A stretch of DNA of 60,494 nucleotides from Comamonadaceae bacterium. GTDB taxonomy: Bacteria > Pseudomonadota > Gammaproteobacteria > Burkholderiales > Burkholderiaceae_C. The notes under the pieces were generated by a model, which searched no databases, was not told the origin of the DNA, and saw only the letters and a program-made list of their open reading frames with translations. This document shows, in pieces, positions 20,667-30,586 of the stretch; position 1 is the first letter of the stretch; every line of letters starts with the position of its first letter. The stretch spans positions 1 to 60,494 of the forward strand of contig JBFYKC010000011.1 in the NCBI GenBank assembly GCA_041311135.1, written 5' to 3'. The position numbers and the translations under genes were made by a program.

Positions 20667-21689
20667 TTACCGCGTCACGGGTTGTTCGACCAACTTCAAA
20701 CGCTGGATGTCCTCTGGCAAGGTCACACGACCGCCTTGAAAATAAATTTGCACGTGCTTGAGCTGCACACCAGACACTTGCCACGGGGCAGCACCTGTGA
20801 CCGTGCGACCTTCGCCCGCCTTCAAAAGAACCAGCGTGGCTTGTTTATTGCCATCGACCACACACACTTCGGCATTGGCGCTACTCACCAAGTACACATA
20901 GTTACCTTCTTTTCTCGCCACGAATGGCGGCAATTGAGGCAAGGCATCCGCAGAATAAGCACACGCGGCCGTTGTTGCTTTAGGAGGCACGCTGGTGGCA
21001 GCCGCGTTCGTTGGCGCCGTGGCAGTTTGTACCGGCGCGGAGGCCACCGCCGCCACAACCACGGGAACAGCTGAGGCAACAGGCGCAACAAGAGGCACAG
21101 CAACGGGGGCCGGAGCCACCACAGAAGCCGGCGGTGCTACAGGTGCTGCCACAACAACGGGCGACGCTTTCACAGGTTCAGTCGCAGCGCTCGTCGTGCC
21201 GTCCCCCAAGTGCAAGGGACCGTACAGAGCAAACAGCACCAGTGACCCCACAAGCAACGACAACGCACCGATGAATTGTTTGCGCGCCATCAGCGCCAAC
21301 ACACCTTCACGCACCCGATCTGTCCAGGTGAAATTCATGGGCGGTTGATGGCTCATGGCCACGATTTGATCCAAGGTGTTCAGATGGGCCTCAGCCACCT
21401 GATGGGCATCACGCAGCGAGGTCGGCACTTCCACCGTGGGGGGCTCTGCGCCCAAAATCATCAACAACCGCTTGTAGGCTTGCCGTTTGATAGTGTTTGA
21501 ATAGAAAACATGGCCAGCATTTTCGCTCTCCAAGGCCTGTACTTGCGTCACTGACAAGCAAGCGGTACGTGCCAAGACAACCAAATCCATGCCTGCCGCC
21601 TCTCGCAATTGGCGCAAGTAATGTGGATCGCAGCGGTCATAGCGGCTGAGTGGCTGGGAGTTTGTCTCTGCGTTTTCTGGCTGCGTCAT
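20667..21689 (-). CDS. RodZ-like protein (Xre HTH, single TM, Ala/Pro/Val linker, DUF4115-like domain)
   Basis: LRQLREAAGM...LSVTQVQALE HTH; TM FIGALSLLVGSLVLFALY; C-terminal V.VVDG...LKAGE...G.AP. Confidence 0.78.
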   Translation of the reverse strand: MTQPENAETNSQPLSRYDRCDPHYLRQLREAAGMDLVVLARTACLSVTQVQALESENAGHVFYSNTIKRQAYKRLLMILGAEPPTVEVPTSLRDAHQVAEAHLNTLDQIVAMSHQPPMNFTWTDRVREGVLALMARKQFIGALSLLVGSLVLFALYGPLHLGDGTTSAATEPVKASPVVVAAPVAPPASVVAPAPVAVPLVAPVASAVPVVVAAVASAPVQTATAPTNAAATSVPPKATTAACAYSADALPQLPPFVARKEGNYVYLVSSANAEVCVVDGNKQATLVLLKAGEGRTVTGAAPWQVSGVQLKHVQIYFQGGRVTLPEDIQRLKLVEQPVTR

Positions 21690-21731
21690 GGCAACAAAAA
21701 TGTCTCAATTAATTATTTCTCAGAACTAAAT

Positions 21732-21760
21732 ACTTTAGAGGTACCAAGACGTATTGTCAA
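21732..21760 (-). promoter_or_regulatory. Sigma70-type promoter for the rodZ-like/bactofilin pair
   Basis: Minus strand TTGACA-N17-TAAAGT in an AT-rich intergenic region. Confidence 0.65.
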
Positions 21761-21846
21761 TGGATTTGAGGAGAGAAACTGGGCCATCAGTCACATTCCA
21801 AGCGACTGCATTTAAACTTGCGGCAGTTTACTCATCCGCTCACGCC

Positions 21847-22674
21847 ATGCGCCCTATTCGCCGTCAATACGAAGATTTCATGCAACACGTCGACACCCAT
21901 GGTGTTGCAAAAACCGACCGCACGGGAACGGGGACCAAAAGCGTGTTTGGTTATCAAATGCGTTTTGATCTGAATGAAGGATTTCCGCTGGTCACCACCA
22001 AAAAAGTTCACCTGCGCTCAATCATTCAAGAGCTGCTGTGGTTCCTCACCGGCTCGAGCAACAACAACTGGCTCAAAGAACGTGGTGTCACCATTTGGGA
22101 CGAATGGGCACGTGACGACGGCGACCTCGGCCCCGTCTACGGGGTGCAATGGCGCAGCTGGCCGACCCCTGATGGTGGACACATCGACCAAATTCAACAA
22201 GTCATCGACACACTGAAAAACAACCCCGACAGCCGTCGCATCATCGTCAGCGCATGGAACGTAGCAGAACTCGACAAAATGGCGCTCATGCCTTGTCATG
22301 CGTTCTTCCAGTTCTACGTGGCTCCCGCACAAAACTCGGGCGAAAAAGCCAAGCTCAGCTGCCAGTTGTACCAACGCAGCGCGGATATCTTTTTGGGTGT
22401 GCCCTTCAACATCGCCAGCTACGCCCTGCTCACACACATGGTGGCGCAGCAGTGCAATTTGGATGTGGGTGATTTCATCTGGACTGGCGGTGATTGCCAC
22501 ATCTACAGCAACCACCACGAACAAGTGGCGCTGCAACTCAGCCGCACACCATTTGCCTATCCCACGTTGAACATCAAGCGCAAGCCTGACTCCATCTTCG
22601 ATTACCAGTTCGACGACTTTGAGGTGGTGGACTACCAATGCCACGGTGCCATCAAAGCCCCTGTGGCCGTTTAA
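21847..22674 (+). CDS. thyA: Thymidylate synthase
   Basis: [40 protein letters not shown]; start 21847 or 21880. Confidence 0.98.
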   Translation: MRPIRRQYEDFMQHVDTHGVAKTDRTGTGTKSVFGYQMRFDLNEGFPLVTTKKVHLRSIIQELLWFLTGSSNNNWLKERGVTIWDEWARDDGDLGPVYGVQWRSWPTPDGGHIDQIQQVIDTLKNNPDSRRIIVSAWNVAELDKMALMPCHAFFQFYVAPAQNSGEKAKLSCQLYQRSADIFLGVPFNIASYALLTHMVAQQCNLDVGDFIWTGGDCHIYSNHHEQVALQLSRTPFAYPTLNIKRKPDSIFDYQFDDFEVVDYQCHGAIKAPVAV

Positions 22675-22678
22675 AACG

Positions 22679-23176
22679 ATGGCGTTGAATTTGATTTTTG
22701 CGCGTGCGCGCAATGGCGTGATTGGCCACAACAACACCCTACCCTGGCACTTGCCTGAAGACTTGGCGCATTTCAAACACACCACCTTGGGTCAGCCCGT
22801 GGTGATGGGACGCAAAACATGGGAATCTCTGCCCCCGAAGTTTCGTCCCCTACCCGGACGTACCAACATCGTGGTGACACGCCAACAAGATTGGCATGAC
22901 ACAGGTGCGGTGGTGGCCCACTCCATCGAAGAAGCGGTGCAACAGTGCGCACGCGATGCTCAGGTCTGGGTCATCGGTGGTGCCGAGGTGTACGCCCAAG
23001 CCATGCCACTGGCAACGCGCGCGGTAGTCACTGAAATTGATGCGGATTTTGAAGGCGATGCATTCGCACCCACGTTCGATGCCTCTTGGCAAGAAACATC
23101 ACGCAGCACCCACGTCGCCGCCAACGGTTTGACGTACAGCTTCGTCACATGGACGCGTGAAACCTCTCACGCCTGA
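22679..23176 (+). CDS. folA: Dihydrofolate reductase
   Basis: NGVIG..N.LPWHLPEDL, MGRKTWES, RPLPGR.N, VIGGAEVY. Confidence 0.97.
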   Translation: MALNLIFARARNGVIGHNNTLPWHLPEDLAHFKHTTLGQPVVMGRKTWESLPPKFRPLPGRTNIVVTRQQDWHDTGAVVAHSIEEAVQQCARDAQVWVIGGAEVYAQAMPLATRAVVTEIDADFEGDAFAPTFDASWQETSRSTHVAANGLTYSFVTWTRETSHA

Positions 23177-23183
23177 ATTTTTG

Positions 23184-23948
23184 ATGCAACTCGCCACCTG
23201 GAACGTCAACTCACTCACCGTCCGTTTGCCACAAGTGCTTGACTGGTTGGCTGCCAACCCGGTTGACGCCTTGGTGCTGCAAGAAACCAAAACCACGGAC
23301 GATAAATTCCCACGCGAAGCCATTGAAGCGGCGGGTTACCACGTGGCGTTCTTCGGACAAAAAACCTACAACGGCGTGGCACTGCTGTCACGCAGTCCCG
23401 CCACTGAGGTGGTGAAAAACATTCCCAACTTTGAAGACGACATGGCCCGTGTGATTGCGGGCACCGTAGAGGGTGTGCGCGTGATTGGCGCTTACTTCCC
23501 CAACGGCCAAGCCCCCGACAGCGACAAGTTCGTTTACAAAATGCGCTGGCTAGAAGCGCTGCAACACTGGTTGCGCGAAGAGTTAAAACAGCACCCGAAG
23601 CTGGTGTTGATGGGCGACTTCAACATCACCGTGGATGACCGTGATGTGTGGGACCCGGTCGCTTTGAAAGACACCATCCACTGCACCGTGGAAGAACGCG
23701 CGCATTTCCAAGCCTTGATTGACTTGGGCACGCACGATGCATTCCGCTTGTTTGAACAGCCCGAAAAGAGCTACAGCTGGTGGGATTACCGAGAGTTTGC
23801 TTTCCGCCGCAACCGCGGTTTGCGGATTGACCACATCTTGGTCAGTGAGGCACTGAAATCGCAGGTGCAAGCGTGCGTGATTGACAAAGCCCCACGTAAA
23901 AACGAACGCCCCAGCGACCACACCCCGGTGGTGGTGACGCTGGGCTAA
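23184..23948 (+). CDS. xthA: Exodeoxyribonuclease III
   Basis: ATWNVNS, LQETK, GDFN, GLRIDHIL, SDHTPV. Confidence 0.95.
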   Translation: MQLATWNVNSLTVRLPQVLDWLAANPVDALVLQETKTTDDKFPREAIEAAGYHVAFFGQKTYNGVALLSRSPATEVVKNIPNFEDDMARVIAGTVEGVRVIGAYFPNGQAPDSDKFVYKMRWLEALQHWLREELKQHPKLVLMGDFNITVDDRDVWDPVALKDTIHCTVEERAHFQALIDLGTHDAFRLFEQPEKSYSWWDYREFAFRRNRGLRIDHILVSEALKSQVQACVIDKAPRKNERPSDHTPVVVTLG

Positions 23949-23969
23949 GCCTTGATCGCTGAACCGTGC

Positions 23970-25526
23970 TCAGTCGTCGAGACCGAGCTCTTGAATTTTG
24001 CGGGTGATGGTGTTGCGTCCGATGCCTAATTTTTGAGCAGCCTCAATGCGACGCCCCCGCGTGTTCGCCAACGCGGTTTGAATCAAACGCGCTTCAAAGC
24101 GATTGCCCAAGACCTCCCACACATCGGTACGCCCTGCCACCAATAAGCTCATGGCTTCGGCTTCTAAGCCTTGTTCCCAATCGGCACCGGGCAGGTTCAA
24201 CACCACTGGATTCGGCGCGGCGCTGCCATCCGTCGTCGCCACAACTGCAGGTGAATTTGCGGAACGTGGTACATCATCCAACGCACTAGACGAGGCCGCA
24301 AACAGTGGTGTGTTGTCTTGCACTGTGTGCGCTGTAACTCCCCCGCCCTCAACATCCAGCACTTCAGGTGGCAAGTCTTTGGGTTCAATCACCTGCGCTG
24401 GTGCCATGACGGTTAGCCAATGACAAATGTTTTCCAATTGGCGCACGTTGCCTGGAAAGTGAAACGCATTCAGCACCAATTGGGCTGAATCCGCGATGCG
24501 CTTGGGTTCGACGCCCAATTGTTGTGCACTCTGCTGCAAAAAGTGGCGTGTCAGTGCGGGGATGTCTTCGCGACGCTCCCGCAAAGCTGGCAAACGCAAG
24601 CGAATCACGTTCAAGCGGTGAAACAAGTCTTCTCGGAAAACGCCATCTTTGACGCGTTTTTCTAAATCTTGGTGCGTGGCGGCAATCACCCGCACATTGG
24701 CTTTGATGGCACTGTGACCACCCACGCGGTAGAAGTTGCCATCGCTCAGCACACGCAACAAACGTGTCTGCAAATCAAATGGCATGTCCCCAATTTCGTC
24801 GAGGAACAAGGTGCCCCCTTCGGCTTGCTCAAAACGTCCACGGCGTGTGGTTTGGGCGCCGGTGAATGCACCCCGTTCGTGCCCAAACAACTCGCTTTCG
24901 AGCAAATCTTTCGGAATCGCTGCGGTGTTGATGGCCACAAATGGGCCTTTGGTTCCCGCATCGCCGCGCGGTGAATGTTTGTGCAACGCACGTGCCACCA
25001 GCTCTTTGCCGGTACCGCTTTCACCGGTGATCATCACCGTCACATTGCTTTGACTCAAGCGCCCAATCGCGCGAAACACGTCTTGCATGGCAGGGGCTTG
25101 CCCCAGCATCTCTGGTGTGGCGTCTTGCAACTGGGCTTGAGCTTGGTCGCTTTGGCTTTCTTCGACCGCGCGACGAATCAATTCCACCGCCTTGGGCAAA
25201 TCAAAGGGCTTGGGCAGGTACTCAAACGCACCGCCTTGAAACGCAGACACGGCGCTGTCCAAATCAGAAAAGGCCGTCATGATGATGACTGGCAACGTGG
25301 GCATGCGCTCCTTGACCTGGGTCAACAAATCAAGGCCCGACCCTCCGGGCATGCGGATGTCACTGACCAAGACTTGTGGCCCTTCGTCGGGACCCGCGGC
25401 GTCCAGTGCATGCAGCACTTCACGTGGATTGGTGAAGCTGCGCGTGGGCATGTTTTCGCGCAACAACGCCTTCTCCAGCACGAAGCGAATTGACTGGTCG
25501 TCGTCCACAATCCAAATCGATTTCAT
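23970..25526 (-). CDS. ntrC: Nitrogen regulation response regulator NtrC
   Basis: Receiver domain, GESGTGKE, GAFTGA, C-terminal AAQKLGIGRNTITRK HTH. Confidence 0.97.
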   Translation of the reverse strand: MKSIWIVDDDQSIRFVLEKALLRENMPTRSFTNPREVLHALDAAGPDEGPQVLVSDIRMPGGSGLDLLTQVKERMPTLPVIIMTAFSDLDSAVSAFQGGAFEYLPKPFDLPKAVELIRRAVEESQSDQAQAQLQDATPEMLGQAPAMQDVFRAIGRLSQSNVTVMITGESGTGKELVARALHKHSPRGDAGTKGPFVAINTAAIPKDLLESELFGHERGAFTGAQTTRRGRFEQAEGGTLFLDEIGDMPFDLQTRLLRVLSDGNFYRVGGHSAIKANVRVIAATHQDLEKRVKDGVFREDLFHRLNVIRLRLPALRERREDIPALTRHFLQQSAQQLGVEPKRIADSAQLVLNAFHFPGNVRQLENICHWLTVMAPAQVIEPKDLPPEVLDVEGGGVTAHTVQDNTPLFAASSSALDDVPRSANSPAVVATTDGSAAPNPVVLNLPGADWEQGLEAEAMSLLVAGRTDVWEVLGNRFEARLIQTALANTRGRRIEAAQKLGIGRNTITRKIQELGLDD

Positions 25527-25568
25527 CTCGGCACTTTCTGTTTTTAAGTTAGAGGGCCATGCAAGCGG

Positions 25569-26636
25569 TCAAGGCAGCGGGATCAGAATTTTGAAATCTG
25601 TACGCCCCGGCACACTGTCACACTCAATCAAGCCATGGTGCTGCTGCACAAAGGTTTGCGCCAAGTTCAACCCCAAGCCTGATCCGCCATCCCGCCCCGA
25701 GACCAAGGGGAAAAACAACCGGTCTTTGATCTCTTCCGGAATGCCGGGCCCGTTGTCTATTACATGCAATTCCAATGCCAACCGGTAGCGTTGTTTGCCA
25801 AAAGTGACTTGGCGGCTGATGCGGGTGCGCAAAACAATCTGGGCATCGCCATCGGCCATGCGCTCAGCCAATGCTTGGGCCGCGTTGTGCACGATGTTCA
25901 ACACAGTCTGGATCAGTTGCTCTCGGTCGCCACGAAATTCGGGTATGGACGTGTCGTAGTCACGCACCACGGTCAGGCCTTTGGGGAACTCGGCCAAGAT
26001 GAGGCTACGAACGCGCTCGCACACCTCGTGAATGTTCACATCGCCCACCACATGTGGACGTCGATGGGGGGCTAACAAACGGTCGACCAACACCTGCAAG
26101 CGGTCAGCCTCGTGGATGATGACCTGGGTGTACTCAATCAGGTCCTTGCTCTCGACCTCCATTTGCAGCAACTGCGCTGCACCCCGGATGCCTCCTAAGG
26201 GGTTTTTGATCTCGTGCGCCAAATTGCGAATCAACTCTTTGTTGGCTTGGGCTTGGTCAATCAATCGCTCCTCACGCCCTTGGCGTGTTTGCTGCTCGAG
26301 CGGCAACAACTCGACCAACACCTCACCCGAAACATCGGTCGGTGCCACGATCACATGAACCGGCAAAGGGTCTTGCAACGGACGACGCAAATGGGCGTCG
26401 TAGCGCATGGTGGCAAACGCGTTGCTTTGGGCCCCTTGCAAGGCGTTGTCAAACGATTGGGTTTCGGTGAAATAGCCCGACAACGCCGCGCCTTCGATGT
26501 TGCGGCGTGACACCCCCATCACATCTTCCAACGCCGCATTGGCAAACACCACCACGCCATCGGTGCGCACCACGGCCACCAAAGTGGCCAACAGATCAAA
26601 TGCTTGGGCGTAGTTGGATGACGGCGTTGCGCTCAT
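25569..26636 (-). CDS. ntrB: Nitrogen regulation sensor kinase NtrB
   Basis: PAS domain, LAHEIKNPLGGIRGAAQLL, DNGPGI, GSGLGL. Confidence 0.97.
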   Translation of the reverse strand: MSATPSSNYAQAFDLLATLVAVVRTDGVVVFANAALEDVMGVSRRNIEGAALSGYFTETQSFDNALQGAQSNAFATMRYDAHLRRPLQDPLPVHVIVAPTDVSGEVLVELLPLEQQTRQGREERLIDQAQANKELIRNLAHEIKNPLGGIRGAAQLLQMEVESKDLIEYTQVIIHEADRLQVLVDRLLAPHRRPHVVGDVNIHEVCERVRSLILAEFPKGLTVVRDYDTSIPEFRGDREQLIQTVLNIVHNAAQALAERMADGDAQIVLRTRISRQVTFGKQRYRLALELHVIDNGPGIPEEIKDRLFFPLVSGRDGGSGLGLNLAQTFVQQHHGLIECDSVPGRTDFKILIPLP

Positions 26637-27148
26637 GGTTTAGCTCCAGTCGGGTTGACCGTGCCGAGGCGTGACAGCTCTCGTTGCAACCCGGCCACGT
26701 CGGCATCTAGGCGCTGCAAGGCTGCACGCAGTTGCGCGACACGCGCTTGGTATTTTTGGGGTTGCTTGAATTCATCGGCACGGCGCTCTGGCTCACCGTG
26801 GTTCCATTCACGCAGCAACTCCGCTTGTTGCTGCTGTACTTTTTGCAATTCAGTTTGGAGCACCACGTAGGCTTGTGCATCCCGTTGGCGCTGCTCTGTC
26901 GGATCCACTTTGAGTGCAGCGCTGGCACCTGTGTTCGACCCCATTGCGGCACCGTTGGCGGCAGTGCCTTGTACGCGCGTGCCTTCAATCACCGTTACAT
27001 GCCCCCCACTGAGGGGTTTGCAATTGAGCGAGGCATCGGGCTGATTGGTGTACGCGTTACCACACCGATAAACAACCGCAGATTGAGCTGCCACCACACC
27101 GTGGACAAACAAGCCTAACCAAACAAAACGAAACAAAGATCGCAACAT
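26633..27148 (-). CDS. Exported hypothetical protein (DUF4124-like N-terminus, coiled-coil C-terminus)
   Basis: Signal peptide, VYRCG..YTNQP...CK; lies between glnA and ntrB. Confidence 0.7.
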   Translation of the reverse strand: MLRSLFRFVWLGLFVHGVVAAQSAVVYRCGNAYTNQPDASLNCKPLSGGHVTVIEGTRVQGTAANGAAMGSNTGASAALKVDPTEQRQRDAQAYVVLQTELQKVQQQQAELLREWNHGEPERRADEFKQPQKYQARVAQLRAALQRLDADVAGLQRELSRLGTVNPTGAKP

Positions 27149-27170
27149 AAAACTCAGCAAGTTGAAACAA

Positions 27171-27196
27171 AAAAGGACGGCTCGCGCCGTCCTTTT
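27171..27196 (-). terminator. Rho-independent terminator after glnA
   Basis: AAAAGGACGGC-tcgc-GCCGTCCTTTT hairpin with U-tract on the minus strand. Confidence 0.85.
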
Positions 27197-27218
27197 CTTG
27201 TACGCACGGTGTAACGAA

Positions 27219-28634
27219 TTACAGCGAGTAGTACATGTCGTATTCGACAGGCGACACTTCCACGCGGCTGCGTGTCACTTCTTGCATCTTCAAATCGATG
27301 TAAGAGTCAATCCATGCGTCGGTGAACACGCCGCCTTTGGTCAAGAAGGCACGGTCTTTGTCGAGCGCTTCCAAGGCTTGGTCCAAGCTAGAGCACACGG
27401 TTGGGACCAACTTGTCTTCCTCGGGTGGGAGGTGGTACAAGTCTTTGGTCGCCGCTTCACCGGGGTGAATCTTGTTCTCGATGCCGTCCAAACCAGCCAT
27501 CAACAAGGCTGCGAAGCCGAGGTAAGGGTTGCACAGTGGATCTGGGAAACGCGCTTCCACGCGGCGGGCTTTGTCAGAGGCCACGTTAGGAATACGGATC
27601 GAAGCAGAACGGTTCTTGGCAGAGTAAGCCAATTTCACAGGCGCTTCGAAGTGAGGCACCAAGCGCTTGTAGCTGTTGGTACCAGGGTTGGTGATGGCGT
27701 TCAACGCACGGGCGTGTTTGATGATGCCGCCGATGTAGTACAACGCGAGATCAGACAAACCTGCGTAGCCGTTGCCTGCGAACAAGTTCTTGCCGTCTTT
27801 CCAGATGGACTGGTGAACGTGCATACCAGAACCGTTGTCACCTGCGTAGGGCTTGGGCATGAAGGTGGCAGTTTTGCCGTAAGCGTTGGCCACGTTGTGG
27901 ATCACGTACTTTTGCAACAAAGTCCAGTCAGCGCGTTCGACCAAAGTAGAGAACTTGGTGCCAATTTCGCATTGACCTGCGCCAGCCACTTCGTGGTGAT
28001 GCACTTCCACTGGAATACCCACTGATTCGAGAATCAGAGACATTTCGCTACGCATGTCGTGTGTGCTGTCAACAGGAGGCACTGGGAAGTAGCCGCCTTT
28101 GACGCGAGGACGGTGACCGCGGTTGCCGCCTTCGACCTTTTCACCGCTGTTCCATGGGCCTTCGTATTCATTGATGGCGTAGAACGTGTTGTTGGGCTCT
28201 GTGCTCCAACGCACTTCGTCAAACAAGAAGAACTCAGGTTCTGGACCGAAGTAAGCCGTGTCGCCCAAGCCAGATTGCTTGAGGTAAGTTTCAGCACGTT
28301 TAGCGATTGAACGTGGGTCACGCTCGTAGGCTTTGCCGTCGGTGGGTTCGATCACGTCACAGATCAAGACCAATGTCACTTCTTCAAAGAAGGGATCGAT
28401 CAAAGCGCTGTTGGGATCGGGCATCAACAACATGTCAGAGGCTTCGATGCCTTTCCAACCAGCAATAGAAGAACCGTCAAACGCTTGACCGTCTTCGAAC
28501 TTGCTCTCGTCGAACTGCGACACAGGCGCAGTGATGTGCTGCCATTTGCCACGGGTATCGGTGAAACGGAAATCAACGAATTTGACTTCGTTCTCTTTCA
28601 CCATCTTCATTACGTCTGCGACGGTCTTGGCCAT
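27219..28634 (-). CDS. glnA: Glutamine synthetase type I
   Basis: [38 protein letters not shown] adenylylation loop, MYYSL end. Confidence 0.99.
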   Translation of the reverse strand: MAKTVADVMKMVKENEVKFVDFRFTDTRGKWQHITAPVSQFDESKFEDGQAFDGSSIAGWKGIEASDMLLMPDPNSALIDPFFEEVTLVLICDVIEPTDGKAYERDPRSIAKRAETYLKQSGLGDTAYFGPEPEFFLFDEVRWSTEPNNTFYAINEYEGPWNSGEKVEGGNRGHRPRVKGGYFPVPPVDSTHDMRSEMSLILESVGIPVEVHHHEVAGAGQCEIGTKFSTLVERADWTLLQKYVIHNVANAYGKTATFMPKPYAGDNGSGMHVHQSIWKDGKNLFAGNGYAGLSDLALYYIGGIIKHARALNAITNPGTNSYKRLVPHFEAPVKLAYSAKNRSASIRIPNVASDKARRVEARFPDPLCNPYLGFAALLMAGLDGIENKIHPGEAATKDLYHLPPEEDKLVPTVCSSLDQALEALDKDRAFLTKGGVFTDAWIDSYIDLKMQEVTRSRVEVSPVEYDMYYSL

Positions 28635-28689
28635 CAAGTTCTCCTGCTAGGGTAAGTTGGGTTTAAAAAGTGTTTCGAGGCTGAAAGGA

Positions 28690-28705
28690 TGCAGTTTCTG
28701 TGCCA
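28690..28705 (-). promoter_or_regulatory. Sigma54 -24/-12 promoter of glnA
   Basis: Minus strand TGGCAC-AGAAA-CTGCA, matching TGGCAC-N5-TTGCA with one mismatch. Confidence 0.85.
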
Positions 28706-28820
28706 GGGAGGCCTCACAGGATCAACAATCGGTTTCAACACCAAGACATCTATTTTGCACCGAGATTCACGTCAATTAACTGCAAAAGAGCGATCGACGC
28801 GTCAAATGAAGAAAAACCAA

Positions 28821-28860
28821 AAGAACCATTTTGGTGCAATTATGCACCAAAATGGTTCTT
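28821..28860. promoter_or_regulatory. Tandem NtrC enhancer sites forming a perfect 18-bp inverted repeat
   Basis: AAGAACCATTTTGGTGCA-atta-TGCACCAAAATGGTTCTT; each arm resembles TGCACCA-N3-TGGTGCA. Confidence 0.85.
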
Positions 28861-28862
28861 TA

Positions 28863-29717
28863 TTAGTTGCGCACCAGTTCGGGGCCAAACTTCAAGCCAA
28901 AGGGTTGAAGGCCTTCCAGCATGGCGACATAGGCAGGCGCCACCGCATCAGGGGTCCCTTTCACCCCTAGCTCAATATGGCGACCGTACTCTGGGTGATC
29001 TACGCTGGGTAAGCTGAAGACTTTGACGCCCGGGTTGTCACGCTCCAAGTCCTCCATCAGCGGCGTCAGCGTGGCCTCCATCGAGCCAAAAATAATGATC
29101 GATTTTTCTACCCACGCCGCTTGTTGAAACAGATGTGGGTAATGCGTGTCCAGCACCCATTCCATCATGGGCCATGCCATCACCGGAAAGCCCGGGACGA
29201 AGTGAACCGCACCACCGCCAGTCCCCTGGCAAGTGAAGCCTGGAATTTTGTTGTACGGGTTGGGAATGATGTCGGCCCCGATGGGAAAGACGCCCATATT
29301 CAGGCGGTGCACGTTGTCGTCGCGGTTGGGTTCGTAAGGCACACCCTGCTCTTTGGCAATTTCTTGCATGCGCAGGCGAATCAAATGCTCCGCTTCGGGG
29401 TGCAGCGCCAAATCAAGCCCCAAGGCTTTGCCTGCACATTGACGCGTGTGATCATCCGGCGTGGCACCGATACCGCCACACGAAAACACAATGCTGTTGC
29501 TCTCGAACGCACGCGCCAGCGTGCGGGTGATGCGGTCGGGCGAATCACCCACATAGTCCGCCCATGACAAGGACAGACCCCGCGCATTCAACAACTCAAT
29601 GGCTTTGGGCATGTGTTTGTCGGCGCGCTTACCCGACAAAATTTCGTCACCCACGATGATCAGGCCAAACTCGGGCCGTACGTCAGACGAGAGGGGGGAG
29701 TGGTGTGTGTGGCTCAT
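28863..29717 (-). CDS. CinA N-terminal/molybdopterin-binding-like protein (COG1058)
   Basis: IIVGDEILSG, GGIGATPDDHT, FVPGFP. Confidence 0.88.
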   Translation of the reverse strand: MSHTHHSPLSSDVRPEFGLIIVGDEILSGKRADKHMPKAIELLNARGLSLSWADYVGDSPDRITRTLARAFESNSIVFSCGGIGATPDDHTRQCAGKALGLDLALHPEAEHLIRLRMQEIAKEQGVPYEPNRDDNVHRLNMGVFPIGADIIPNPYNKIPGFTCQGTGGGAVHFVPGFPVMAWPMMEWVLDTHYPHLFQQAAWVEKSIIIFGSMEATLTPLMEDLERDNPGVKVFSLPSVDHPEYGRHIELGVKGTPDAVAPAYVAMLEGLQPFGLKFGPELVRN

Positions 29718-30564
29718 CGTCAGATGCTAACGCGGGTACCGGCACCACCGCGCCCATCACCACCGTATCCGACTGCGCACGAAGGGCTTCTAAAGCACCC
29801 AAGCTGTAATGGGTGAACCACAGCGAGGTGAAGGCGAATACCAAGGCATAAATCCACATCGCCAGCGGCACCAAGACCAAAAATGCTGCGGTCATTGCCG
29901 CCCCAGACGCCCACACCAAACTAGGCAGGGCGCCCAAATAGCCTGTGATCACACCAATCAAAAGCAACCAACCACGGTGCTGACGTCCCAAGGCAATGCG
30001 TTCTTCACGACTGGCATGCGACACCAACGCATCAAACACCATGACGCGGTAACTGAGCCAGCCCCAAATCAATGGGGGCACCACAAACATCAACGGTGGT
30101 ACGGCCCACAAAGGCAAAGAAATGAGCATGGCCAACAACGCGGCCAAGGTGGAGCCCATGGTCCACATCAAGCTGGTGAAAGGGGTTCCGCCATGCTTGA
30201 GCGCCAAGTGCGCGAAGCGGCGGTGCACCACCAAATCGACCAAGGCGGGCGTCATCATCAACGACACGGCCAGCAACGACACCACCACCAGCACCGGCGT
30301 GATGGCAAAGATCACCACCAACTGCACCATCACCGCTTGCAACTCGACAGCGCCGTTGTCTTGCAACCAGTTCATCATGCTTTGCATCACCTGCCACGAG
30401 GTCAACACGTCGCGAACCCAGTCTTGGGTCGGGGACCAATAGAAATACCCCCAACTCACCGACAACACCAGCAACATGGCCAGTGGCAACAGGGAGAGGA
30501 TCATCACGCGCGGCATCAGGCAATAAGCCAGTGCGCGCCAAAAAGAATCCAGAAACAAACGCAT
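29683..30564 (-). CDS. EI24/CysZ-like membrane protein
   Basis: Multi-TM; WGWLSYRVMVFDAL..HAS.EER motif. Confidence 0.75.
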   Translation of the reverse strand: MRLFLDSFWRALAYCLMPRVMILSLLPLAMLLVLSVSWGYFYWSPTQDWVRDVLTSWQVMQSMMNWLQDNGAVELQAVMVQLVVIFAITPVLVVVSLLAVSLMMTPALVDLVVHRRFAHLALKHGGTPFTSLMWTMGSTLAALLAMLISLPLWAVPPLMFVVPPLIWGWLSYRVMVFDALVSHASREERIALGRQHRGWLLLIGVITGYLGALPSLVWASGAAMTAAFLVLVPLAMWIYALVFAFTSLWFTHYSLGALEALRAQSDTVVMGAVVPVPALASDDEPHTPLPPLV

Positions 30565-30586
30565 GCCAAAAGCATACCGCAGTCGA

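Noticed and set aside
24180-24360. Long low-complexity insertion in NtrC between the AAA+ and HTH domains
   Set aside because: In frame and in a linker known to vary in length; no sign of an intein or mobile element
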